Source: Tubiluchus corallicola
Taxonomy: Eukaryota > Animalia > Priapulida
Direction: 5' to 3'
DNA length: 64,000 nt
Assembly (NCBI GenBank): GCA_030141605.1
Contig: JAQGDQ010000023.1
Location: 930,001-994,000 of the forward strand
Each line of letters begins with the position of its first letter. Position 1 is the first letter of the stretch. The notes beneath the pieces are model-generated. The model was given only the letters and a program-made list of their open reading frames with translations, was not told the origin of the DNA and searched no databases. Shown piece by piece: positions 1 to 11,879 of the stretch. A program made the translations under genes and the position numbers.

Positions 1-193
1 TCCACATCCACCAGTCCGTTGTTTCAGTTGTGTTCGCCATGAGTTACTTGAGCAAAAAGTACTTCAGTGACTTGCTAGGTCTATCCTGAAGGATTTGGTC
101 CACAGCTCCTTATTTGAATATTCGGAGCACCCTGGCTCGTGAGCCAGGGGTCCCCCATCCGCCACCCGGGGGATGCGCCCGGTAGGGGTTTAC
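1..193 (-). mobile_element. Structured 5' leader of a probable RTE/RTEX-clade non-LTR retrotransposon, running off the left edge of the window
   Basis: GC-rich island. Minus strand reads GTAAACCCCTACCGGGCGCATCCCCCGGGTGGCGGATGGGGGACCCCTGGCTCACGAGCCAGGGTGCTCCGAATATTCAAATAAGGAGCTGTGGACC, resembling from memory the GGCGC..TCC...GGTKGCGGATRGRGGA leader of RTE-clade elements. An ATG at 40-38 opens a frame toward position 1. Confidence 0.55.
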
Positions 194-199
194 ATCATC

Positions 200-2035
200 A
201 CACATTATCCTTAAAAAATCCATCCACTGTATTGCTGAACCTCTACTTAATATGTTTAACAAGTCATTTTCAACAGGTATAGTCCCAGACTCTCTGAAAA
301 TAGTTAAGGTTAATCCAATTTTTAAAACTGGTGATAAGTCCTAGTTTCAAAATTATAGACCCATTTTAATTCTTCCCTGTTTTTCCAAAATTCTTGAAAG
401 ACTAATGTATAATAGACTATTAAATTTCATAAAAAAACAACATATTATATAGCAAACAACTGGGCTTTAGACAAAACCACTCCACTTACATGGCTCTACT
501 TGAACTTCTTGATTTAATATCAAATGCATTTGACAACAATGAATTTACAATTGGTATTTTCATTGATCTATCTAACACCTTTGATACTATTGACTATAAA
601 ATACGCTTAGATAAATTAAACAACTATGGTGTCAGAGGTCTACCTTTACAGTTGTTTACAAGTTATTTACACAACAGAAAATAATCTGTACTAATAGATA
701 ACACATTTTCTTCTTTGAAGCAAATCAATTATAGATCCCACAAGGATCAATCTTAGGTCCATTGCTTTTTCTTCTCTATATTAATGATCTCCACTCTGCT
801 AGACTTCATTTTATTTGCCGATGATACTAACATATTCTATAGTCACTCAAACTATGAATCAATGATTAATACTATAAACCAAGAACTTGTACACCTCTCC
901 ACCTGGTTTAAAGCTAAAAAATTGTCACTGAATACTAAAAAAAACTAAATTTATTGTATTTGCAAATAAAAATAAAAGAATCCCTAGTAATCTTACAGTA
1001 AAAATTGATGAAGTCCCAATAATTAAAGTAAAACGTACTAAGACCATCTTAGATTTATCGAAAGCAAAATCTCTAAAACCATAGGTATTATATACAGAGT
1101 TAGACACATATTGCCTAAATCAGTACTTGTATTATTATATAATTCTCTTTTTTACCATACCTTAATAATTCAAACATTGCTTGGTGAAGCACATACACCA
1201 GTAGATCGAAAGATTCAGAAGAAAATAGTGCGAGCTTTAACATTTGCCGGTTATCCGGACCACACACCACCAATATTTAAAAGTCTAAACTTTCTAAAAC
1301 ATTTATGACATTAATAAGTTCCAAACCGCCATTTTCATGTACAAATTCTCTCATAAATTATTGCCACCCTTATTTACAGATTTTTTGTTTTTGAATGCTG
1401 AAATACATAATTACAATACACGATATAGACTTAACTATCACTACATACAATGCAACACAAATATTAGGAAATTTTCTATTAAATACAATGGCCCTTCTAT
1501 ATGGAATTCAATTGCTCCAGCTATAAAAAATCCCAACTCGCTGTCCATATTCAAAAAAGTATATAAATTACCCTTACTTGAAATATATAACTTATCACTC
1601 AATCATGATTTGTTGTTGTTTTTCATTTTCAAATACTTTCCCTCTAGGATAATAATATAGTTATTAGTTCCCACCCGTATATATATCTGCAATGCGCACC
1701 TACATATAGTCTAAACAAGTGTTGCCTCCTCCACAAATGCTTAGCGAATCTGTTAAAGCATTTATCATTTCTCTGTACTGACCATCAGTTTACATCGTAA
1801 TTATGAAAATTTAATACTACTAACCCCCACTGTAACTCACACTAACCATTAGTAATATATTGTAATTTTTCTTGTAACTAATTCTAGTGGCCTAGCATAA
1901 GCTAGCTTCTTAGGTCTCTAGCGCAGAATTCATGAATTGTATCATAATTTTGTATTAACAAAAACTGATTATCGATGCACTTGTAATGCATATGTATATG
2001 TTTATTGCAAAATAAATCTATTGAATTGAATTGAA
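200..2035 (+). mobile_element. Degenerate CR1/L2-group LINE, 3' part (reverse transcriptase pseudogene plus 3' tail)
   Basis: RT motifs across frames: GIVPDSLKIVKVNPIFK, NYRPILILPCFSKILERL, IFIDLSNTFDTID, PQGSILGPLLFLLYINDL, FADDTNIF, GPSIWNSI. Stops and frameshifts are present. AATAAA at 2011-2016 is followed by a (TTGAA)3 tail at 2021-2035. Confidence 0.92.
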
Positions 2036-2199
2036 TCCAGCATCAAGTTGAAACCATCAAGACCAATTTAAAAATTAACTTCTTGTCTTCCAACACTTTG
2101 AGCTTTTTAAATTTTTTTTTTTTTTGGATTTTCCATATACCATATGTACAAAAAGTTCACAACCATGCATAGACCATAAGCGCAGTAGTAACAGAGTCT

Positions 2200-3850
2200 C
2201 ATTGGCTACAAGAGTATAATTGCCACATTTCAACAAAAGCCTTCACATAGACCAAGTTCTCTGCAACGTCACATTAAAAACACTAACATTTACTCGCAGC
2301 TTTACCAGAACGAAGTGGCCAGTTCCATTGCCACCATCGCTACTGTAGCTGAAATAGATGTTAAAATGATCAAGTAGCGTCTAGTCTTGATATTGACAAC
2401 ATCAACATTCGGTGATCAAACAGAGACTTTTTGAAAGGTAGAGACAATTTAACCTGTCCCATTTGCATACTTGACAACTGCAGAACGAACCAATTCATCA
2501 GCACTAGGCAGAAAAGTAACAATTCTGCCGAAACACCAGTTAGAACGTAGAAGATTATATTCAAGAAACGCATCTTCAAGTGAAGGAATATATTCACGAA
2601 GGCTAATCAAGAATTTTTTCTCTCTACTTCCCAAGGATGATTTAGACAACAGCAGCTTCCTTTCCATAAAGCGAGAAGTTGGTCTGAAGTCTGCTTGCCA
2701 AAGGTAAAAACTGCATCAGAGAAATCAAGGCTTGTAATGAGCTTAAGAACCTGCAGATTAGCAAAACACAGTGGTAATAAAGCACAGACTTTAACAACAA
2801 AATCTAATTGTATTGCAGTTATAATAAAAAATGCATACAAACAAACCAGCACTTTTACCAAAGTAAACTTTGTGTATTCAATTACTAAATGCCTGAAATA
2901 TATCAAAGCCCATAAACTGAAAATGTCTAGAAGCCTGAACTTTTAACCCAGATAAGTCCGACAAATAAAGCAATGAAGATGGACTGCCTTTGATTTTCTG
3001 ACAAACTCGACACTTAGACAAAACTTAGCACAAAACCAATATTAAAAACAAACCAACACGAAAATTAATACTATATCCATGATTAATGATTAGCTCAGTT
3101 AAATATGAATTGTGAGGGAGAAAAGTAGAACTCCTGGAATTAAATGAAACAATATTACCCAGACTTCCAATGCAAAGCAAAATACCACCTTCGTTCCAGT
3201 ACAGTTCCTTACAGTGCTGGACATGGCAGATCTCCACTGAAACCAGCTTATCATTAACAAAACCAGACTGTAAACATGGCAGACCCATTCTGCGCTGTGG
3301 TACCAAAGATGTGACTTCGAATTTTGGCACACGTTCAGTCAATATCCAACCAAGCCTAAATGCAAAAATGTAAAGACCTGATAAAATGTCAGCTTTCTCG
3401 CTACTCAAACTTTGGAATAAATAATCAGAGCCAACAAGTAAGTCTGTAGAAATCTCAATATTTTCACGGACACAGTAGTTATGTGCCAGTGCATCTGTAT
3501 ATTTATTACTGAGGCAAGAAGCAATAGGACTAGGTTAAGTACCACTTTATTTGGACGGAGCTAAGTTAGGTATGACACACCCTTCACATGTCATCAAGTT
3601 AACTTTTGTGTCGAAACGAGATACATCTTGAACTGTTGAGTTACCAAAACTCGCAACTCTAATAGGGGGTAACCTCACCAATTGGTATACCAAGTAGGTT
3701 AATTTTGTCAGTCTCAAAGAAATAGAGCTACACTGTGATCTGTGTGTACTGGTACCCTTGATTTGATGCTAGGATAATTTAAGTAACACATAGCAGTTGA
3801 CAAAAATACTTTCTCATCACTTGCAAAACGGCCCTGTCAGATTGCATAAC
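2200..3850 (-). mobile_element. Decayed BEL/Pao LTR retrotransposon pol remnant; boundaries approximate
   Basis: Minus-strand fragments REYIPSLE and WCFGRIVTFLPSADELVRSAVVK match the BEL/Pao post-integrase W-x-LGRI..PG.DG.VR motif. Also HNSYLTELII and TDLLVGSDYLF. Heavily frameshifted; no LTRs identified. Confidence 0.7.
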
Positions 3851-3951
3851 TGATGACTCAGAAGCTGAATTACTGGATATTCCTAAGGGAAACCGCAATG
3901 AACAAAGACTGCGATGTTCCAATTTTTACAAACATACAACCAGTTTATATT

Positions 3952-4074
3952 ATAGGCAGAGCCTGCAGTATAGAACATTGTGCACTAATTATGTATTTAA
4001 CAGAAGCCAAATAGGCAGAGCCTGCAGTATAGAACATTGTGCACTAATTATGTATTTAACAGAAGCCAAATAGG
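3952..4074. repeat. Perfect 59-bp tandem duplication (two copies plus partial)
   Basis: ATAGGCAGAGCCTGCAGTATAGAACATTGTGCACTAATTATGTATTTAACAGAAGCCAA starts at 3952 and 4011; ATAGG recurs at 4070. Confidence 0.95.
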
Positions 4075-4335
4075 TAATGAATAAGCAGGCAAGTAGTCAA
4101 GAAATTGACACAAAATTTTTAAATTAAATTTGGGGCTCATTTAGTTTTATTTTCTTGTAGTGTGAAATTTAATGTTAAATTCAGGAAGTTCAAGGAAAAT
4201 TCTTAATAATTTGAGCACAATCACAATTAAGCAGTACTTGCTCAATCAAAATTGAGCTGTGCCTGATTTTTGTATTTGATTGTTGAACCAAATTTGTTCA
4301 TCATAAATTATCTTTTATTATTTTGCCATTTCCAG

Positions 4336-7300
4336 AACTCTGCTAAGATAATTCGCAGCTCAGTTTTTGGATTGGATGAGCACATGAAAGTAAGGAACTT
4401 GTTCAAGTTTGAGCAGAATGGTCTTGTCATTACAAGCATCGACATTCAATCCGTGGAACCTGTAGATCAGAGAACTCGTGATTCCCTACAAAAATCTGTA
4501 CAACTTGCTATTGAAATTACAACCAACTCTCAGGAGGCAGCTGCAAGGTTCATAATTGATTTTTTTCTATAGCAATTGCAGGTTGTGACAACAGTTGATG
4601 CTTAGATTGTTTCGTGTTATGAGCTAGTTTTGGTTATGTGGATTTTTTTCGAATAATTATCAAGTTCATTCATGAAATGCTGTAATTTACTTTTACCAAG
4701 GTTTGCTATTTGTGGTTTCTTTTTTTTTATAATACGTATTCACAGAAGTGGCTAAAATTTCTTAATAACAGATCAGTTACTGAATTTGTTGCATAGCTTG
4801 GGGTTTAAGTTTTACACGGCGCCACTTGCAGCTTGAACTGTATATAGTAAGATTATAGACAAGTGGAAAAGTTCAATGCCTGCTTTTTGAGCAGTTTGTG
4901 AACACCAAGTTTTATTGTTGTTGTTGTTGTTCTTCTTGACTAAAAGAACTGCAACATTGTCTTTAATTCATATTAATGCTGTCTTCAAAGTGGACTTGTT
5001 AAGATGCCAGTTGGTTGCAGTCATAGTTATCCATATTAACATTAAGACAATGAGCCAAGTGCAGATATGGGTTTAAAGAAGCAAATTATGCAAACGTAAG
5101 AAAACAAACAACTTCCTTGAAAAGCCCTTTCTATGTTGCCTTTACTAAGCACAATAAATGTAAAGAAACAGCATACATATTTGATAAATTTGATTAGTCA
5201 TCTAGTATGTAAGCATGGCACATTTGGAAGAACTGTATTAAATTTGAATTTTTAATTGAACAAAACAAACTTTATTGACAAATGTGTTTTTAGGCATGAA
5301 GCAGAGAGACTGGAACAGGAAGCAAAAGGAAGGTTGGAGAGGCAGAAGATAGTGGATGAAGCAGATGCTGAGAAAGCTCGGAAGTCACTGTTGGAACTAC
5401 AGTCTCTCAGTGCAGCAGTAGAGAGCACTGGACAGGCAAAAGCTGAAGCCCAGAGTCGTGCTGAGGCAGCAAAGATTGAGGGAGAGGCTGCTGTACAACA
5501 AGCTAAACTAAAAGCTGAGGCCACAGCTATTGATGCTGTAAGTTGTTGTCTTTTTCATAAAAGTAAAAACTCCTATTTTCTATTTTTCATCTTACTCTGA
5601 ATTTTTAAAATAGACATGATTTGCGCACAGTGACTGAAGTTAGGAAATGCCAGTGACCTAGTTACAAAATGGTTGGGTGGCTGGTGATCACTAGTAAACA
5701 TTCACCAAGTGATTTCATCTGCCGTGCTATGCCAGCTATTTAATTATAATTTTGATTTAAAAATGTTATGAAATTTGTAGTATCAAAAATACTGGCGGTG
5801 CTGAATATCATTTAATAAATGAAAGAGTCAGTTTTTTAGGAATCAACATGATGTTTGTTGACTGCAGACAATTATTTCAGCAAAAAATTCCGTTATCAAC
5901 GCTGAAAATTAAGCCAAAGGAAATAATAGTACATTTATGATACTGAAATTTCCAAAACACAAAAATCATTACAAAATCAAAAGGTGAAATTGAAGTTACC
6001 AGTATATTAGTAGATATACCTTTCAGAGAGAAATGCTGTAAAAGCAAAAAAATTACCTTCTACATGAGATTCTGGGAAAATGTCATAACCACAGCAAACA
6101 GTTAGTCTAGCGCAAGCAAAATTTACATAGAGAGAAGAAACAACTGTCATAAAAGTTAGAAGAATAAAAACACAGAGTGTACACAATTACATTTTTCACA
6201 TCTATGGGAGGTACACAATACTTACAACTCTCTCAAAGAAATACATTCAGTAAGTCACAGTGACCTCTATGGGACTCGATGGAACCTAGAACCACTTTGG
6301 CTTAAAATACAGATATAGAAAGAGCGCAGCGTGGTGCTAATGATGATAGTGGGGTGTTAAAAATTGGGTGGCACTTCATAATATACAAAGCCTCTGCTAT
6401 TTTGATATCATGAACATTTTTATTTAAATTCCACTCTTTTGATTTTGTAATGATTTTTTGTGCCTTAGTAAATGCAGTGTTGTAAATGGTTTAATTTTTA
6501 GCATTGATAATGGCATTGTTTGCCAAAACCATCATGTGCTGTCAATAAACAGCACGTTGGTTCCTAGAAGCTAGCTCTTTCATGTATTTAATTATATGGA
6601 ATTTCAGTGCATGGAACCCTCACATCTCAAATGCAAATTGCTGTTCTGTGGCGGATTTGGTGAGATGTAAGCCTTTACATCCAGACCCTTTACTCATGTT
6701 TGCAATCACATAATATGATATTGTTATTTTTTCAGGAGTCTGAGTTGACTCGCCTTCAGCAAGCTCGTGAGGCGGAGATCAAGTATCTACGTGAACAGAA
6801 TCAACTTGAAGTGGACAAAGCCCGAGAGCTATCCGAAATTGATGTTCAGAAGTTTAAGGATATGGTTTCAGCTATTGGTGCAGACACGATTCGTGCAATG
6901 GCCGTTGCTGGTCCAGAAATGCAGGTATGTTTTCGTTGTTACCTACGTGTTGAAGCTGCTGAACATTTCCAATCTTTTACGTAGTATGAGTACTAAATGA
7001 TTGCCTTTTTGCTTTATTTAATATTACTTCATTTGAATTATTCATTTTTTTCAAACTTTAAATTATGAGTTTATCACGCTAATAAGTATGATCTGAAAGA
7101 TAGTTTGGTGATAACTTATCAGAAAAGAAGTTGTGATATATATAAAAACTTATTACAAACTCAAGTCCAGTTGTATTGTAGCTCTCCATTTTGAAATTGT
7201 TGATTTCTGATCCAAATTGTTGATCAAATAATTTTTTCATATAAGTTAATGTTATAATTATATTTCATGTAATAAAAGCAAAATCCTCTTGCTTAAAAAC

Positions 7301-7558
7301 TTAAAGACTAAAAATGCTTGAGCTTCTGATGCTGAAAGCTTTTTTGTAGCTATGGCTTAGGACACAGATTATTATAACTGCACTGCTGTCTTCCAGGTTC
7401 GTTTGCTACAAGGTTTGGGGTTGAAGTCTACTCTCATCACAGATGGCACATCACCTATTAATCTGTTTAATACGGCCCATGGCCTCCTAGGAGCATTACC
7501 TACATCTGAGCGTCCTTCCAAACGTGCAAAGAAAGAGGAAGATTCCGACAGCGAGTAA
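4336..7558 (+). CDS. MVP: Major vault protein, last four coding exons (5' exons lie upstream of the window)
   Basis: Exons 4336-4547, 5294-5537, 6736-6924, 7397-7558, all GT-AG and phase-compatible. They encode [12 protein letters not shown]...[57 protein letters not shown]...[40 protein letters not shown], the MVP shoulder, cap helix and cap ring. Candidate polyA signal AATAAA at 8215-8220. Confidence 0.97.
5800..6610. repeat. Diverged long inverted repeat (foldback) in an MVP intron
   Basis: Arm ~5800-5997 (ATGAAAGAGTCAG..TAGGAATCAAC..TTATCAACGCTGAAAATTAAGCC..AAAAATCATTACAAAATCAAAAG) matches the reverse complement of ~6421-6610 (CTTTTGATTTTGTAATGATTTTT..GGTTTAATTTTTAGCATTGATAA..GTTGGTTCCTAG..CTCTTTCAT). 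Confidence 0.8.
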
Positions 7559-9686
7559 GAATTCTACAGTTACTGTGATGCACTGTGATTAAACAACAAG
7601 CATTTTCTATTTTATTTCATATAATTTACTATTGACAGTCTGGTGTTTTGCACTTTTAACCACAATTATAATGCTAGATTAACTGTATTGTGTTATTGCT
7701 GTAATGCAACAAATTTTTTCAAGTAGGCACAATCATAATCGATGTTGGAGGATGATACCATAATTATGCTGCCACTGTTAGCCATGGTCATCATGCTTAT
7801 ATGTTATGAAAGCACTTTATCTGTTTTAATATAACTCTAATTAAGTCACATGATGAATGAATTACTTCATATTATGTGTTATAATAACCAAAGGTTATTG
7901 TTTTATTATAGCCAGAATGATTTTGTGATATATCTAACAGTAGGATTACATGCAAGGAATTCTTGAAGTTCTCAATTCTGTGCTGCTGCTCTCTAAATCA
8001 TTTTATGATTATTAAGCTGTTAGTATCAGTTTTAAGTTGCATTTATTATATAATGTTGGCAAGTAATAGAAATTTTTGGGCTTGTGCATTAAGATATAAG
8101 TTTACGCAGTACTGGCACCAAATCGAATGGGTTCATGCAAAGAATGTAGTAATGTATCTTGGTAATTGAAAGTTATGATTATATAGTTTATGTGCAAATT
8201 ACTTACTTCAACCAAATAAAAGGAGTTGGTTGTGAATCAGTTGAGTTAAATCATATGGATTAGATATCTGTTCCTCTGTTTTCTATGATAACTCTCTGTT
8301 ACATACTGCTGCACAAAATATCAGTTCATACATATTTTTTAAATCTGTTGCATGCCATCACTTTATGTGGCATGGCTTAAAAGGTCTTGGCTAATGAAAC
8401 TTATTAACCCTTCTGGGTGTTGTCATATATATTTGTAAATCACTTGGCCCTTGTTTTAAGAATGCAAGTGCCCCACACAGTTGAAATTTCACAGCTTCAT
8501 ATTACAGCATATTAGCTTTCAGTTATAACAGAAAAGGTTTTGCATGTTAAAAATTTAAATGCCAGAACAAAGTCTGCTAATCATCAGTTGAAAAACTGCT
8601 ATGTTTCATCTGTTGTCAAAAAAATGGGACTTATTCCTGTGGAATTCCCTTAAAGAGAAGTGTATGATGTCCGCAGAAAACCACTGGATGCAGTGGAGCT
8701 AAAGGCAAAAACTGTTCAGTAATGCAACCAAATACCCTTTAACGAATTGAAAAAACCATGTCAGCTGTTAGAAGAAACGTCTTCATCTAGTTTGCATTGA
8801 AAATGATGGACTCTTAGAGCACTTGTTGTAAATTCTAATAATGTGGAACATGCTAAATTTATTCTGGCATGTTTTTTGACTTGATTTAAAATTGCTGTAT
8901 GTTGGAAAAAATCTAAAGGAATGACCTAAACGTTTTGGTGTTTATACAGTAGCATATGCAAGTCAGTTTGGTAAGTTTCCAGTGATTTTGTTGTTTCCTT
9001 ATAATATCACAATCAAAACTTTGCTGAGTTGTTTTTGTGCTACCTGATATAAAAAACTCCTCCTCTTGACTGAAATAAAAAAATGAAGATGTGACACGGA
9101 ATCTGCAGAAGTGTGTTAATCAAGTTTGGATGCATTTATTTCTTTCGTTAACAAAATAAATTTTTCAATTTTCTTTCTTCTACATTTATTTCACGTAACA
9201 ATATATAGTAGTAGCGAATTTCAATAATATTTGAGTAGGAACAGCGAAAGACCCATGGTCACTAACTCATCTGCTCCTTTTTTAACAGCAGGCTTTTTAA
9301 TAGGCACAAACTTTTATGAGACAAAATCCATTAGTTTTTGAAAGGAAGTGGGTTGAATTAGTTGCAGTTAGTATATTTAGTTTTACCAGTAATTACTAAT
9401 TAAAAAAATTTAAACTGTAATAACGATGGATAATTACAGAATATTGAAGCACTAAATTAGCATGTTAAAGCAATAATAGCAGATTACATCTAGTCTATCA
9501 TGCATGAACTCAAAAAATAAAAATAACAAGGTTAGTAGTAAATAATCACAGTTTTTGAAATAATCACAGCATTAAAATTGTTAGTATTCATCACAATTAT
9601 ACGCACTATAATAGGGCAAGTTCATTATGTGCGCTTTGGCTTGGGAAAACGGTCATTGCGGGAAACCGTGGCACTCCCGTGAAATT

Positions 9687-9864
9687 GCGCATTCAGACTA
9701 GAGAGTTCTTGCGCAAATTCTCTTTGAGAGTAAACTCGCAAGTGTGCCGCTTTGCAAGTTCTGCTCGCAAGTTATTGCAAATTCAGCGAGAGTTGCTCAC
9801 GTTAGCGACTTTACTTCCAGAGAGAACTTGCGCAGGAATTTGTGAGATTCATGTCTGAACGCGC
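9687..9864. mobile_element. Short near-palindromic MITE
   Basis: Termini GCGCATTCAGAC / GTCTGAACGCGC. Internal arms TTCTTGCGCAAATTCTCTTTGAGAGTAAACTCGC and GCGACTTTACTTCCAGAGAGAACTTGCGCAGGAA are near reverse complements. No clear TSD. Confidence 0.75.
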
Positions 9865-11171
9865 GGTCAATATTGCATCCACCATTCAACGAGGTATTCA
9901 ACCATTGGGCTTAATATAAGCACCCAGTTCTGCGCACACATTCCCGTTCTTTAGAAATAAGGAGTATGAGTTTTGCGAAAAAAAAGGCCATTGCTGGATG
10001 TTTTTCACCCCGCGTTCATTCTGGTGGCCCCGATTCGTAAAATAACCATCAGCGTGACGACGCTAGATCGAGACCATTCGTTTAATGTGCCGTCCTCGAA
10101 GCTGTAGCCTCGAATCTTATGCATAACGCTCTGTATCACTGAAATTAATATATTTAAAATATGAAGAATGTTCATTTGCAGCGCAAGCAAATGATCCTTT
10201 GCATAACTTTCTTGTTGTTGTTTCCTGCATTTTTTTTCTTATTCTTATTGAGTAATGTTACTGTTAAAATAAAAATAATCCGTGTAATTGTGTAAAATTC
10301 ACAATTGTTGATAAAATTATTTTTGTTATAGCACAGGAATGTGTAAAAACTAGAAATTGATTTAATAAACCTTAGTTCAACGTTTGCATCGTTAACTTTG
10401 CATTTGAAAACGGTCACTGTTAAAAGTTGGATATAAAATTGTAAATGTCTTAACATTTTATTATAACACCTACTCAGTCCTAAGGTATGTTAATCCGACT
10501 TTTCTGTATACCAAAGGTTATGAAAAAACTTTACAATTATACCTATTCGTACCTGTGTGAAATAAATAAATTCTAATTCTATTTGCATCGAGTACTGTTA
10601 TGTGGAAACTCATTTCCTTACTGACTTGACTCCAGTTCTTGGTTAAGTCATGCATGTAACCAAATTTCACTAACCCTCAGTGTGAAAGTAAATTGCTTGT
10701 GTGTTCAAAGTAGACAGACCGAGCTGCGATAAAGCAAAATTGTTTGATCTGAGGCCACCGACTGCAGGTAGCTAGAGTCGTGACCGCTAAATTATATAGA
10801 TAATTATTCGTCTACTGGGCGGTGTTATGATTTGGTTAGATCATTGAGCGTGACAGATCTCATCCTGAGTACTAGTTTTTGAAGGCTTGGCAAAGACTGC
10901 CTAGTTCTCTTGCGTTTACCGATCACATAAGTTTCGAAATTAAACAGCTACCGTTTAAAATATGAGCGATTTTCCTTGATGCGTATAAATGATTGTTTTT
11001 CGTGCACCATCACAATACAAAGAGAAAAATTATGACATCAAAATAAGCTTATCTGTTCGCATAGTGTGATAAAGAACTTTGATGCATGGTGTTAATAAAC
11101 TTTATATATGGTATTAATAAAGATGCTAATTCTTAATTTGCAGTAAAGGTATTACCAACTTTTTGTGAGAG

Positions 11172-11879
11172 ATGGATAACTCGGGCTTACCCAAAATAAC
11201 GACTCCTCCTGAAAAAGAGAAGAACTCTTCCACGATGATAAAGGGAACGAAGCTTTTTAAATTGCTTGGTATCAAAGAAAAACCCGTGGAAACTGTTAAA
11301 AAAACTTTAGAAGAAGGTACGCAGAGACTTCTAGACGCACTCGATCCGAATGTTGCTGTTGACACGTTGCCACAAGAATTTCATGTGAAATTTTTGGGAA
11401 GCAGGCCTACTCGTGGACTTTGGGGTATCCAGCATACGCGAGGTGTTGTGGAGGAACTAATAACTGAATCTCGTAATGCTGAGCATGGGATGGAGTTACC
11501 GTGTGTGCAACTGCGTGTTTTCCGCACCGGAGTCAGTATGGTAACATCAGATCCAAACAGTGAGATTGAAGAAACTTTTCAACAAATAGACTCGATTTCA
11601 TACGGCGTACAAGATGTGAAGTACAGCCGCGTGTTTTCTATGATAATTGTGGATAAGGGACAATCTGGACCAACCTTTCAATGTTTTGCATACGTGTGCT
11701 CAAGTCGCATTATCGCTCGCCGTCTAGCGTACGCTTTAGCTTTGGCTTTCAAACAATTTGGCAGCGAGTGCGTGAAAAACATGAACTTCAACTCTCTGCC
11801 AAATAAGTTTGCTATAGACCTGAGACAGGCGGAAGATTTTGACGAAACATTCACTCAAGAACAAGAGTCAGAAGTGTAA
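11172..11879 (+). CDS. PTB/PID (phosphotyrosine-interaction) domain adaptor protein, 235 aa, single coding exon
   Basis: Intact ATG-TAA ORF. It has the PTB-type FHVKFLGSRPTRGLWGIQHTR, IDSISYGVQDVKYSRVFSMII and FQCFAYVCSSRIIARRLAYALALAFKQF segments (beta strands plus C-terminal helix) and ends in ESEV. Confidence 0.88.
   Translation: MDNSGLPKITTPPEKEKNSSTMIKGTKLFKLLGIKEKPVETVKKTLEEGTQRLLDALDPNVAVDTLPQEFHVKFLGSRPTRGLWGIQHTRGVVEELITESRNAEHGMELPCVQLRVFRTGVSMVTSDPNSEIEETFQQIDSISYGVQDVKYSRVFSMIIVDKGQSGPTFQCFAYVCSSRIIARRLAYALALAFKQFGSECVKNMNFNSLPNKFAIDLRQAEDFDETFTQEQESEV

Noticed and set aside
6180-6340. tRNA-derived SINE-like sequence on the minus strand (also ~28520-28605)
   Set aside because: A and B boxes too degenerate to support a call without a repeat library.
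7560-11100. Vault RNA gene near MVP
   Set aside because: I found no A-box/B-box pair with a terminal stem and oligo-T terminator by eye. vtRNA genes are not generally linked to MVP. An Infernal search would be needed to exclude it.
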